Part shown: positions 27,671 to 37,031 of the stretch, piece by piece
Layout: every line of letters starts with the position of its first letter
How positions within the stretch are numbered: position 1 is the stretch's first letter
DNA from: Escherichia phage MX01
DNA: 64,000 nt
Strand: one strand, 5' to 3'
Sequence record: NC_031934.1
The notes under the pieces: generated by a model
What the model was told of the DNA's origin: nothing
The model's database searches: none
What the model saw: the letters and a program-made list of their open reading frames with translations, nothing else
Made by a program: the position numbers and the translations under genes

Positions 27671-30382
27671 TTAAAAGTCGAACATGTCAAATAATGTTGC
27701 TTTTTTCTCGTAGTCGATTTTAGCAGACTCAGTAAAACCAGTCAGAGGCTTGATAAAGGTCTTTTGGAACAGTACGTTGTAGTCCATCCAACGGAGGACT
27801 TGGTCACGAATCTGAACCGGGAGTTCAATACCTGACGGCCATGCCATACAAGCTTCACCGAATGGGTTGCCTTCTTTAAGTGGCAGTACGTATACCTTTT
27901 CACCATCAACGATACGAGGCATAGTCAAATCACCAGCAGAAGCGCGCATGTAAGCTAAGCAACCTTTGATGTGGTATGGGCATTTAGAACCAGGGAATCC
28001 GCCTTCATTATATTTCTCGATGTTGTTAGCACTGGATACTGCTGCAATGCTTACATAGTCCAGTTCGTTAAATTCCTTATTAAACTGTTTGAAATATTCT
28101 TGCAAAGATGCCTCGCCTTCCTGAAGCATACGACGGATACATTCTTTCAGAGCTTTCTGAACCGCTTTAGGTGTACTTGATTTCTGAGTTTCGAGACCCA
28201 TGATTTTCAAGTGTGGTTCGGCATAACGAGTACCTTCCATGTCCCAAACGTTAAGTGCATAACGTTTCTTGCCTGTCCAGAATCCACCAAGACCTTTAGA
28301 ACCAAGTGGAGGACCTGCGATAGCTTCTCGGTCCATGAACATCAAGTGTTGTTTGTTGTTCATGTACTCGCACATCTCACGGAAGCCTGCATCAATAGCC
28401 GGTTCCATACGTTCACGTGCAAATTTATCTAAGAAGTCGACCCAGTGGTTAGTGTCACGGAATTTATCTTCGCCTACTTTATTGATGATTGCATCTGCCT
28501 TAACATAAATGGAGTCAGTATCACCATAGAGCACGAACTTCTGGTTTTCAGTCTTACACACGCTATTCAGATATTCGTTAACCTTACGTTCAATCCATTG
28601 GAGGGCCATTTGACCAAACAGTGTGATTGCAGTTGCGTTCCTGAGGTCATAGTAACGGAACCATACGTTACCAAGTGCACCGTAAAGGGAGTTGATAAGC
28701 AACTTACGGTTAATCTGAGCAGTGTTACCTGCAACTTCAGTGAGCTCGGCTTTCTTCAACATTTCTCTTAAAGAAGGCGCTGACAGTGCTTTAATCTGGG
28801 CTTTGATTTCGTCAGAGAAGTCAAAACGATAATCGATATCCAGTGGACTATCGACCGAGAGATTAGGATTTTCCAATGCTTCTTTAATTAACTCACCATT
28901 ACGTTGAGCTGCAAGCATGTAACCTTTATGTTCTTTACGCTGCAAGAATACCTTGGTGATTTCTGTCGGAATCACACCTTCACGGTCTTTATAGTACATC
29001 ATGCCGTTAGGAGAGCAACTGTAGGTGTCGCTAGGACGCTGAGCAGTTCCGGCAATATATTCATGTATCGGTGCGTTAGCGAATGTGCCTGCGATGGTCT
29101 CTGGGCTTATATTCACTTGTCGAATGATACTCGGATACAGAGATGTAAGGTCGAAACTCATTACATATTTGTAAGCGTTAGGAATAGGTTCTTTAACGAA
29201 AGCACCAGGATAAGGTTGGACCACGTGTGAACGAGCTTGTGGAATGACCTTGCCTTGTTCTTTAAGGCTATTAAAGATAATAGCATCCCAAGTCTTAATT
29301 GGACTGAACACTGACTGAATCTGCATCTTAGCATAATAACCCATGTCCAAACTCAGAAGAATGAACTGGCGTTTCATATCAATCTGCACTACACGATATA
29401 CGTCGATAATGTTATAGGAAATATATCGTTGGTGGTTCGTCTCACGTAACTTGGAGATTGGACCATCATATTTCAACTTACCTACTTTCAATTCATATTC
29501 AGAAACATAATCCAGAGAATAAGAAGGCTGGTTGGTAAAGCTGAATTTTTTATAAAGGTCGATATAATCCAGAACAGAGATACCGAACAATGTAATAATT
29601 TCACGAGCACCGTACATGTTCTCGATAACTTTAACACGAGTCTTACGATGCGGGCTTAATCGCTTAGCAGTGTTCTCACCGAACAGATTTTTCAGACGGT
29701 TATAAACGTACGGTACGTCAAATGATTCAACGTTCCATCCAGTCAAAATCACAGGAGTTTTCTGTTGCCAGAAATTCAGATACTCAAGCATCATTTCTTC
29801 TTCAGAATTAAATGGAAGATAAACGATTTTGTCAATGATTTCTTGTGGAACTTCGTCACCGCCTTCTTCTTGGAGTTTCTCAGCGATTTTAATTGACCAC
29901 TCTTCAACAGTACCATAAGGCGAAACTAAAAGGTCGAATACATAGAATTTATCGTCAATCGAGTCGTAGTGGGTAATGGCATCGATAGGATGTTTAGCCT
30001 GAGCTGGTTCAGGGAATCCATCAGGAGATGTTACCTCGATGTCGAAGTTAGCAATACGAATCTTAGAAGAATCATACTTGATTTCTTTACGATAGGTATC
30101 AGACAAATAGGCTAATTTATAGTCGTCCATACCCAGGGCTTCGAGACCCATATCATCCATACGTTTCATCCATTGGGAGGCATCGCGCATAGAGTCGAAT
30201 TCTTTCTTAACACAACCCTTACCATAGATATCAATGTATTTTACGGCTTGCTCTGGATTGGCATGCATAAACATTGTAGGCTTGTAAGGAACTTCACGAC
30301 TACGTTCTTTGCCATTTTTATCGATGTAACGTTCGAGAATATTATCACCGATTTGTTCGACTGTCAAATAGAATTCTTGCAT
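27671..30382 (-). CDS. 43: DNA polymerase (family B)
   Basis: Start moved to internal ATG (MQEFYLTVEQ...) giving 903 aa; exonuclease and polymerase motifs (FDIET, YGDTDS); track ORF begins at upstream TTG. Confidence 0.93.
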   Translation of the reverse strand: MQEFYLTVEQIGDNILERYIDKNGKERSREVPYKPTMFMHANPEQAVKYIDIYGKGCVKKEFDSMRDASQWMKRMDDMGLEALGMDDYKLAYLSDTYRKEIKYDSSKIRIANFDIEVTSPDGFPEPAQAKHPIDAITHYDSIDDKFYVFDLLVSPYGTVEEWSIKIAEKLQEEGGDEVPQEIIDKIVYLPFNSEEEMMLEYLNFWQQKTPVILTGWNVESFDVPYVYNRLKNLFGENTAKRLSPHRKTRVKVIENMYGAREIITLFGISVLDYIDLYKKFSFTNQPSYSLDYVSEYELKVGKLKYDGPISKLRETNHQRYISYNIIDVYRVVQIDMKRQFILLSLDMGYYAKMQIQSVFSPIKTWDAIIFNSLKEQGKVIPQARSHVVQPYPGAFVKEPIPNAYKYVMSFDLTSLYPSIIRQVNISPETIAGTFANAPIHEYIAGTAQRPSDTYSCSPNGMMYYKDREGVIPTEITKVFLQRKEHKGYMLAAQRNGELIKEALENPNLSVDSPLDIDYRFDFSDEIKAQIKALSAPSLREMLKKAELTEVAGNTAQINRKLLINSLYGALGNVWFRYYDLRNATAITLFGQMALQWIERKVNEYLNSVCKTENQKFVLYGDTDSIYVKADAIINKVGEDKFRDTNHWVDFLDKFARERMEPAIDAGFREMCEYMNNKQHLMFMDREAIAGPPLGSKGLGGFWTGKKRYALNVWDMEGTRYAEPHLKIMGLETQKSSTPKAVQKALKECIRRMLQEGEASLQEYFKQFNKEFNELDYVSIAAVSSANNIEKYNEGGFPGSKCPYHIKGCLAYMRASAGDLTMPRIVDGEKVYVLPLKEGNPFGEACMAWPSGIELPVQIRDQVLRWMDYNVLFQKTFIKPLTGFTESAKIDYEKKATLFDMFDF

Positions 30383-30440
30383 TTCATTTCCTTTATAGAC
30401 GAGTGATTGTCTTTTGTTTGTTGATGTAGCTATTATACTC

Positions 30441-30459
30441 CAAAAGGGACCGAAGTCCC
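30441..30459 (-). terminator. terminator-like hairpin after regA (GGGAC-TTCG-GTCCC then TTTT)
   Basis: Hairpin plus T4 run between regA and gene 43. Confidence 0.5.
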
Positions 30460-30470
30460 TTTGCTTAAAT

Positions 30471-30833
30471 TTAATTACCAATTGTGTACTTAGACATCAG
30501 TTCCCAGTCATTTTTCTGTTTAAAGGAAATGACACGGAAGTTATTGGTGATTTCGAACAGTTCAGATTCATCTACAATATCAATCAGTCCCCAATCCTTA
30601 AGAAGCTGAGCTATGGAATCACGTCGTTGGTAGTCTTCACCATCGATATCGACTTGTCGACCATCCATACGCAACATCTCTTTAAAGTGGACAATATAAT
30701 ATCGACCTTGCTTTTGCAAAATGTGACAGGATTGATATAGTTTCTTTTCTTTATTATTAGCGATACCCATACGAGTTAGGGTCTCTTTTACTTTCAAGAA
30801 GTCTTCAGGTTGTTTCAGAGTAATTTCAATCAT
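30471..30833 (-). CDS. regA: RegA translational repressor
   Basis: 120 aa; near-identical to recalled T4 RegA. Confidence 0.9.
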   Translation of the reverse strand: MIEITLKQPEDFLKVKETLTRMGIANNKEKKLYQSCHILQKQGRYYIVHFKEMLRMDGRQVDIDGEDYQRRDSIAQLLKDWGLIDIVDESELFEITNNFRVISFKQKNDWELMSKYTIGN

Positions 30834-30839
30834 TTTAAT

Positions 30840-31412
30840 TTACCATTCCAATGCTTTCTTTTTCAAGTCTTTTTGTTCTTTAACATTTTTGGTTACGGAT
30901 TTCAGGAACTCGTCTGTAACCAACCCTTTCATCTTCTTAAGCATTGCCGGAAGATGGCCTTTAATTTTATAAGTCTCGAGATAACGATAAGCGTCATCAT
31001 TATTAATTGAATGGTATTTCATCAATAAACGAGTAATAAAAACTACACTAACTTCATCATCATGGGCCTTAGCCCATTTACCAAATCTCTTACCCTTAGG
31101 AACGGCATGCAAAAGATAGTTGAAATGGCTTTGGTCATCAAGTTTCAGACAGTTAACCATTGCAGCTTGCATAATGCAATCTACATGTTGGCTCAAACTA
31201 TTATCAAGCCAAAATTGATTGTAGTTTTCCGACTGAGCCAAGTTACGTTGTTTCTTACCATATGTGATATCGTTCATAATGGCAAACAGTTCGTTTTCAG
31301 CCTTTTCTTTAAATGAATCGGCCAAGGCTTGAATTGCAGCGTCGTTACGTTGTTTCCAAGCAACTTCATGTTCGTTCAGTTCAACGTCATCATCAAAAAG
31401 ACTTATAGCCAT
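30840..31412 (-). CDS. 62: clamp loader small subunit
   Basis: 190 aa; between regA and 44. Confidence 0.8.
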   Translation of the reverse strand: MAISLFDDDVELNEHEVAWKQRNDAAIQALADSFKEKAENELFAIMNDITYGKKQRNLAQSENYNQFWLDNSLSQHVDCIMQAAMVNCLKLDDQSHFNYLLHAVPKGKRFGKWAKAHDDEVSVVFITRLLMKYHSINNDDAYRYLETYKIKGHLPAMLKKMKGLVTDEFLKSVTKNVKEQKDLKKKALEW

Positions 31413-32380
31413 TGGAGCTCCAGAGCAAGTTGGATGAACAGATAAGTCATGTGAATTTCTGGGTTAGCCGCAATACCGTGGTATTGGTTATTTTCACCGA
31501 CAATTTCATACATTCTAACAATGCTTGGTCCAGGCAATTTACCATAGAGTTCGTTAGCCAGTGACATAATAAAGTTGGAATAGTCATTGACATGGCGTGG
31601 AGCTAATGCACGGAGTTCTTTAAAGTTTTTATCTTTCAGTGCAGCCACTACTTCATCGATAGGAGAATTGGTATTCATTACAATACTCAGAATGCCTGTA
31701 TCGATTTTACCACTGGATGAGTAACGGTCTAGTTGGTTAACTGTTTTACGGAAGTCAGGAAAGTTTTGTTTAACTAAGGCAGCAATAACTTTAAGGTCTT
31801 CGACTTCGATATTTTCGTTTTTACAGATTGCTACAGCACGATGAATCATTTCTTTCATCATGGATGTTTGGTCGGCCGGAGTGGCTTCACCAAATTTAAT
31901 AACACGACAACGAGATTGAAGTGGACCGATAATACCATCAATATTGTTTGCTGTAATAATTACAGAACAGTTTGAGGAATAGGCCTCTAAGAACGAACGA
32001 AGGTGGCGTTGAGCTTCAGCAACACCGGCACGGTCGAATTCGTCGATAACAATTACCTTACGCTTACCTTCGATAGATTTAGAAGATGCAAAACGAGTAA
32101 GTTCATTACGAACGAAATCAATACGGCAGTCAGAACCGTTAACAAACAGCATGTCTGAATTTGTATCAGCACACAATGCTTTAGCTACGGTAGTTTTGCC
32201 TGTGCCTGGTGAAGCAGAGACTAGGATAATGTTAGGGATTAGACCCTTATTAACAATGGCTTGGAGGGTTTCTTTATCATGTGCAGGCAGAATACACTCA
32301 GATAAAGTACCTGGACGATATTTCTGTTCCCACATGAAGTCATTTTCATTAATAGTTAAACCATTTACCACTTTACTCAT
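31403..32380 (-). CDS. 44: clamp loader large subunit (AAA+)
   Basis: Walker A SPGTGKTT, SRC motif; start set to ATG with GAGGA SD (track start is TTG). Confidence 0.88.
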   Translation of the reverse strand: MSKVVNGLTINENDFMWEQKYRPGTLSECILPAHDKETLQAIVNKGLIPNIILVSASPGTGKTTVAKALCADTNSDMLFVNGSDCRIDFVRNELTRFASSKSIEGKRKVIVIDEFDRAGVAEAQRHLRSFLEAYSSNCSVIITANNIDGIIGPLQSRCRVIKFGEATPADQTSMMKEMIHRAVAICKNENIEVEDLKVIAALVKQNFPDFRKTVNQLDRYSSSGKIDTGILSIVMNTNSPIDEVVAALKDKNFKELRALAPRHVNDYSNFIMSLANELYGKLPGPSIVRMYEIVGENNQYHGIAANPEIHMTYLFIQLALELQWL

Positions 32381-32939
32381 TATTATTTTCCTCATTAAAA
32401 TGTTTAACAATTTTATTCAATTCGTTTGCAGAATAATTATATCCATAATTTTGTAAAAGCGTACTAAATCTACCCTTTTTAGGCATACCAAGTTCTATCC
32501 AAATCTTACGGAGCTCTTCATAATTCTGCCATATTTCAGAGCGTTGCCATTTAGAGCAATTAAGCTTATGGCTTTCGGAAAATGTTCTTGATTTTCCGGT
32601 CCTGGTGATAGACATCTTACGTTTAGATTCAGCACTGTGGAAATCTACACCACCTGGACCACCGGGAGCTTTATTAACACAACGTGAACCATACTTGGCA
32701 ATACCTTCTTTAACAAGGGCCTCTTCAATAAGTTTGGCTTCTTTAAATGTATCCGTTTTGTGGACAACCTCAATACTAAACTCCCAAACACCAGGAGTTA
32801 TAGCATTTTCTCGCTTGCATTTCTTAACAAATTTACCAGTACCATAATATTCTTCAGGAGTAACACGGTGCCTACCGAAATAATGGTAGACATCCTTAGT
32901 TTTGGTATTTGTTATTGTATTATGATAGCAAATGTACAT
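32373..32939 (-). CDS. GIY-YIG homing endonuclease (Seg-like)
   Basis: N-terminus YICYHNTITNTKTKDVYHYFG fits GIY...YIG module; inserted between 45 and 44; TAATG overlap with gene 45 stop. Confidence 0.65.
   Translation of the reverse strand: MYICYHNTITNTKTKDVYHYFGRHRVTPEEYYGTGKFVKKCKRENAITPGVWEFSIEVVHKTDTFKEAKLIEEALVKEGIAKYGSRCVNKAPGGPGGVDFHSAESKRKMSITRTGKSRTFSESHKLNCSKWQRSEIWQNYEELRKIWIELGMPKKGRFSTLLQNYGYNYSANELNKIVKHFNEENNNE
32373..32939 (-). mobile_element. free-standing GIY-YIG homing-endonuclease insertion between genes 45 and 44
   Basis: Endonuclease ORF precisely fills the 45-44 junction, which is contiguous in T4. Confidence 0.5.
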
Positions 32940-33637
32940 TAGAACGAGTGGCTTGAGCCTGCTTCCATAGCTAGTACGTAAGAAGCTTGTGAACCTTCAA
33001 ACTTAGCTGCGAAACGAGCATCTTGACCTTCACCGCGTGCCCATAACAATACATGGTAATCAGCCGGCATCATTTTCATATTAGTTTTGTTAATAATGAA
33101 TTTGAATTCAGGGCCATCATGGTCTGCAACCACTAAGGAATACAACGGTCGAGTCAATTCTTTATCGTCAACTTGTTTATAACCGTTGATAACGATTTTA
33201 CCATTGTCTGTAGTGATTGCAAATGTATCAATACTCAATCCAGAGGATACACGCATCAGTTGCTGGTAGTCTTCAGCTTTAAGGTCAAAAATAACTTCAG
33301 CGACCGGGAATGGAATCTTTTTGCTTGGGAATGCAATTGTGCTTGGGTCGGCAATAGGCCACTTAATAGTTGAACGTTGGTCTTTAATAATTAAAGTGGT
33401 TTGGTCTTCACTTACCGAAACTTCAGCACTTTCAGATACCAAAGACAGAATACTTAAGAAACCGTTCAGGTCATAGATTGCGGCTTCGATATCAAAGGTA
33501 TCGGATACGGTAGCTTCACCATAACTTGCACCTGTTACAGAACGAGTTAGAATAGTGTTACCAGGTTTAAGCATGATACCTGGATTAATACCGGAGAAGT
33601 TTTTCAGAATGTTCAGAGTTTCTTTAGAGAATTTCAT
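32939..33637 (-). CDS. 45: sliding clamp
   Basis: 232 aa; similarity to recalled T4 gp45 throughout. Confidence 0.9.
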   Translation of the reverse strand: MKFSKETLNILKNFSGINPGIMLKPGNTILTRSVTGASYGEATVSDTFDIEAAIYDLNGFLSILSLVSESAEVSVSEDQTTLIIKDQRSTIKWPIADPSTIAFPSKKIPFPVAEVIFDLKAEDYQQLMRVSSGLSIDTFAITTDNGKIVINGYKQVDDKELTRPLYSLVVADHDGPEFKFIINKTNMKMMPADYHVLLWARGEGQDARFAAKFEGSQASYVLAMEAGSSHSF

Positions 33638-33662
33638 AATGTTTCCTTATCAAGTCAAATTA

Positions 33663-34076
33663 TTAAGCAATAACGATCATTTGTTTACGAATGGATTCAG
33701 GCAGAGATTCAATATACTCTGGAATCTGGGAAGCAACAATAGCACCGGCTTCAAGCAGTTGTTCGTCAAAATCTACGCAATAATCATCTTCGAGACGTTC
33801 AGAACCATCACGGTCGATAACCAGTTTAGCACCTGCGGCCAGTGAATCATTATAGTGGCGACGCATAATTTCTACCCACTTATCGGATACGTCGTTATCA
33901 ATGATACCGTAGAGCATGAACTTAGTTTCTTGTGGAAGAGACTGCAGACGACGTGCAGAGTTGGTATCAATATTCAGTACCCATGATTTACGGATACGGT
34001 TTTGATTATGTGGGTTGGAATCAGTACGGATAGTTTTAACTTGGATATCTTTAACAGTAATAGCGTTAGCAAACAT
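33663..34076 (-). CDS. rpbA: RNA polymerase binding protein RpbA-like (positional)
   Basis: Between 45 and 46; start moved to internal ATG; sequence not verified. Confidence 0.5.
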   Translation of the reverse strand: MFANAITVKDIQVKTIRTDSNPHNQNRIRKSWVLNIDTNSARRLQSLPQETKFMLYGIIDNDVSDKWVEIMRRHYNDSLAAGAKLVIDRDGSERLEDDYCVDFDEQLLEAGAIVASQIPEYIESLPESIRKQMIVIA

Positions 34077-34138
34077 AATATTTTCTCTCATTTGGTTGGT
34101 AAATGTATTATAAATCAATATTTTAAAGCATTTAACGT

Positions 34139-34333
34139 TTAATCGAAGTATTCATAAACGAACCAGGCAGGGTTCCTGTTCGACATGATTCTATCATACT
34201 CTGACTTAAAAGCATTTCGGAGATAATCTTCAGTAACAAGATGTTCGTCACCAGAGAAGTTGTTGACTAAAACATACCGCTTTAGTTCAGGAACGGCCAA
34301 CAAATGCTGGCCTGTTATAAAATTGGAAGCCAT
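34139..34333 (-). CDS. hypothetical protein, 64 aa
   Basis: Small ATG-initiated ORF. Confidence 0.45.
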   Translation of the reverse strand: MASNFITGQHLLAVPELKRYVLVNNFSGDEHLVTEDYLRNAFKSEYDRIMSNRNPAWFVYEYFD

Positions 34334-34339
34334 ATAAAT
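34332..34339 (+). promoter_or_regulatory. late promoter TATAAATA for HNH endonuclease gene
   Basis: Exact TATAAATA about 40 nt upstream of HNH ATG. Confidence 0.5.
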
Positions 34340-34376
34340 ATCTTTATCGGTCGCTGTATCAAATAAGGATTTGATA

Positions 34377-35093
34377 ATGAATTATAAATCAATATACGAA
34401 AAGCTTATTCAACGAGCAGTTAATAGAAATTTAACTACCTATAAAGAACGTCATCACATTATACCACAATGCATGGGTGGAACGGACGACGCTTTAAACT
34501 TGGTAGACTTAACACCTGAAGAACATTACTTGGCTCATCAGTTGTTAGTTAAAATCCATCCAGATAATGCATCGTTAGTCTATGCGGCAAGAATGATGAC
34601 AGTTAGCTCACCAAAAGCTGATAGGTCTAAAAATAAATTATTTGGATGGCTTCGTCGTAAGAATTCAGAAGCCCAAAAGGATAAAGAATTCTCGGAAGAA
34701 ACCAGAAAGAAAATGTCAATTTCCGCTTTAAAAAAGCCTAGAGTTACCTGTCCACACTGCGGTAAAACTGGATTGGTAGGCAATATGAACAGATGGCATT
34801 TCGATAACTGCCCTAAAGGCCCTAATAAAGTAGACCGCTCTATATCTGAAGAGCAAAAATTAAAAATAAAGAAAGGCCTAGAAAACATGGTCCATAAAAT
34901 TGTGGAATGTGAATTCTGTGGCCTTTCAGGAAAATCCTGTGTTATTGCCTCTCATAAAGTTTTTTGTAAGAAAAATCCTAACGGGCGCAAAAAAACAGAA
35001 AAGAAGGTAGAATGCCCTCATTGTGGTAAACAAGGGAATTCCGGTAATATGAATCGTTGGCATTTCGATAACTGTAAAATGAAGCCTCAATAA
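34377..35093 (+). CDS. HNH homing endonuclease with C-terminal zinc-finger repeats
   Basis: HNH motif ERHHIIPQCMGGTDDALNLVDLTPEEHYLAH; two CPHCGK...NMNRWHFDNC repeats; only large plus-strand gene; AAGGA SD; TATAAATA upstream. Confidence 0.8.
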   Translation: MNYKSIYEKLIQRAVNRNLTTYKERHHIIPQCMGGTDDALNLVDLTPEEHYLAHQLLVKIHPDNASLVYAARMMTVSSPKADRSKNKLFGWLRRKNSEAQKDKEFSEETRKKMSISALKKPRVTCPHCGKTGLVGNMNRWHFDNCPKGPNKVDRSISEEQKLKIKKGLENMVHKIVECEFCGLSGKSCVIASHKVFCKKNPNGRKKTEKKVECPHCGKQGNSGNMNRWHFDNCKMKPQ

Positions 35094-35098
35094 GAGGC

Positions 35099-36781
35099 TT
35101 ATTCCATAATTGTAAATCGACCAACCTTTTTCATTTGTAAATGCTGACCATATGCTTGAGGGTCATGGTCCCTGTGGCTGATTATAAAAACATTACTGTC
35201 TTCAAGACTATTAAGAATACTTGCAATCGACTTAACAGCCTCAGCGTCAACTGCTCCATCAAAAACTTCATCCAACACTAATGTACTAATGTGGACTCCA
35301 CTGACTTTTTCAGCAATATCACGCCAGGTAAAAAGTAGTGCGATATCAATACGTGCTTTCTCACCCTGTGAAAATGAAGCATAACTAAAGTCTTCACGTC
35401 CACGTGATTTAATCGTCTCATTGAACTCTTCGTCTAGTGTAAAGACGTAGTCGGCTTCCATAATCTTCAAATAAGAATTTATCTGCTTATTAAAGATAGG
35501 AATGTATTTCTTAATAATGGAACCTTTAATACCGGTATCCTTCAACATTTCTGTCAGAATTCCACGATGGTATTTTTCCATTACCAGGGACGATTTGGTA
35601 GAGACGATTTTATCAAGCTCTGCTTGAAGCGTGGCAATCTCTTCGGCATTACTTACGAACTCAGCAGCGGCTTGGTCTATTAATACTTTAACTTTTTTAG
35701 CTTTCTCTACGGCAGTAATGGCTTGTTGCTTATGAGTAGCTATCTGAGATTTAATAGCCAGCGCTTTATTACGTTGTTCGGTTACTTGGTCCTTAATGAG
35801 CTTGAGTTCTTGGTACTGCTCATTAATCTTATCCAAAGATTTTTGAAGTTCAAAGTTCTTGTCCTTAATTTTAGTAAGGATATTTCCATGCTCTTCTAAT
35901 CCTTGCATACACGTAGGACAACTACCACCGGTTTCGTATAATTTCACGACCTTAGTAAAGGTTGCCATATCATTCTTGATTGCAAACCCTTTATTACTCA
36001 GGTCACTCATAGAGTCGCTAGGGTCATCATCGACAATGACATTGAGTAATTCATCAGTTAGTTTTTCTATATTGCCTTTCGCAGTCCTGGCTTCTTTAAC
36101 GAGCTCGTCATACATTACTTGTAGTCGTGCTGCGTTCTCGCCGGATAATTTACGTTGACGTTCTTCGTTGTCATTATAAATTTTAATCTGTTGGGTAATA
36201 GAATCCTGTTTAACGTCGATTACTTGGATTTGGCTATTAGTCTCACGAATCAAAGATTTGTTCAACTTATCCATATCCGCTAATACAGAAACCTCTAAGA
36301 GGTCTTCGACAAGTTTTCTTCTTGCAGGAGTGGATAGGCCCATAAAAGGGGTATATCCAGCTGTCCCGAGTACGACAATCTGTTTGAAGCTTGTGTAGGA
36401 CATTCCGATAAGCTGTTCAAATTCCGCTTGGAAGTCTTTACTGCTGGCAGATTCATCAAGACGTTCACCGTCACAAGAGATTTCAAAAACGTTGGGTTTT
36501 TGCCCGCGTTTGATGTAGTATTCTTTGCCATCATATTCCATCCACAGTTCGACCAAAAGGTCTTTCTTATTACTTGAGTTAATCAACTGCCCTTTCTTAA
36601 CATCGCGAAAAGGCTTACCAAACAGAGCAAATGTTACGGCTTCAAGGAATGTTGATTTCCCTGCACCATTTTTACCAGTGACTAAGGTCTTTTGGACCTT
36701 ATCAAGTTGGATTGTAATAGGTTGCTGGCCTACCGACATAATATTTTTATACGTTACTTTCTTTAACTTAAAAGTCTTCAT
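35099..36781 (-). CDS. 46: recombination endonuclease subunit (SbcC/Rad50-like)
   Basis: Walker A GKNGAGKST; coiled-coil middle; start set to ATG MKTFKL. Confidence 0.88.
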   Translation of the reverse strand: MKTFKLKKVTYKNIMSVGQQPITIQLDKVQKTLVTGKNGAGKSTFLEAVTFALFGKPFRDVKKGQLINSSNKKDLLVELWMEYDGKEYYIKRGQKPNVFEISCDGERLDESASSKDFQAEFEQLIGMSYTSFKQIVVLGTAGYTPFMGLSTPARRKLVEDLLEVSVLADMDKLNKSLIRETNSQIQVIDVKQDSITQQIKIYNDNEERQRKLSGENAARLQVMYDELVKEARTAKGNIEKLTDELLNVIVDDDPSDSMSDLSNKGFAIKNDMATFTKVVKLYETGGSCPTCMQGLEEHGNILTKIKDKNFELQKSLDKINEQYQELKLIKDQVTEQRNKALAIKSQIATHKQQAITAVEKAKKVKVLIDQAAAEFVSNAEEIATLQAELDKIVSTKSSLVMEKYHRGILTEMLKDTGIKGSIIKKYIPIFNKQINSYLKIMEADYVFTLDEEFNETIKSRGREDFSYASFSQGEKARIDIALLFTWRDIAEKVSGVHISTLVLDEVFDGAVDAEAVKSIASILNSLEDSNVFIISHRDHDPQAYGQHLQMKKVGRFTIME

Positions 36782-37031
36782 CGTTATAAGCATCCTTGAT
36801 GCATGATTCGGCCATATGAATTAATGTTTCTGGAGTATCATCTACCATTACATTAAAGCTAAATTCCACAGCCCAATCAGTAGCAACATAAACTTTAATA
36901 AGCTCGTTGGTATCACGAGTGCTCACAGCTTCAAACCAGAACTTAATTGTACTAGGTTGTCCATCGTCATCAATAACGATACAGTCGTGTTCTAGTTCAA
37001 GGCCTGATTTTTTAAATTCATCTAAAGTCAT
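36768..37031 (-). CDS. hypothetical acidic protein, 87 aa
   Basis: ORF between 47 and 46, overlapping both ends. Confidence 0.5.
   Translation of the reverse strand: MTLDEFKKSGLELEHDCIVIDDDGQPSTIKFWFEAVSTRDTNELIKVYVATDWAVEFSFNVMVDDTPETLIHMAESCIKDAYNDEDF

Larger units (their letters stand above)
34332..35093 (+). mobile_element. free-standing HNH homing-endonuclease cassette, opposite strand, own late promoter
   Basis: Only large plus-strand gene, flanked by minus-strand replication genes. Confidence 0.55.

Noticed and set aside
30383-30481. N-terminal extension of gene 43 (track ORF of 936 aa)
   Set aside because: Track start is TTG; the internal ATG gives an N-terminus (MQEFYLTVEQ) matching T4/RB69-type polymerases and a 903-aa product.
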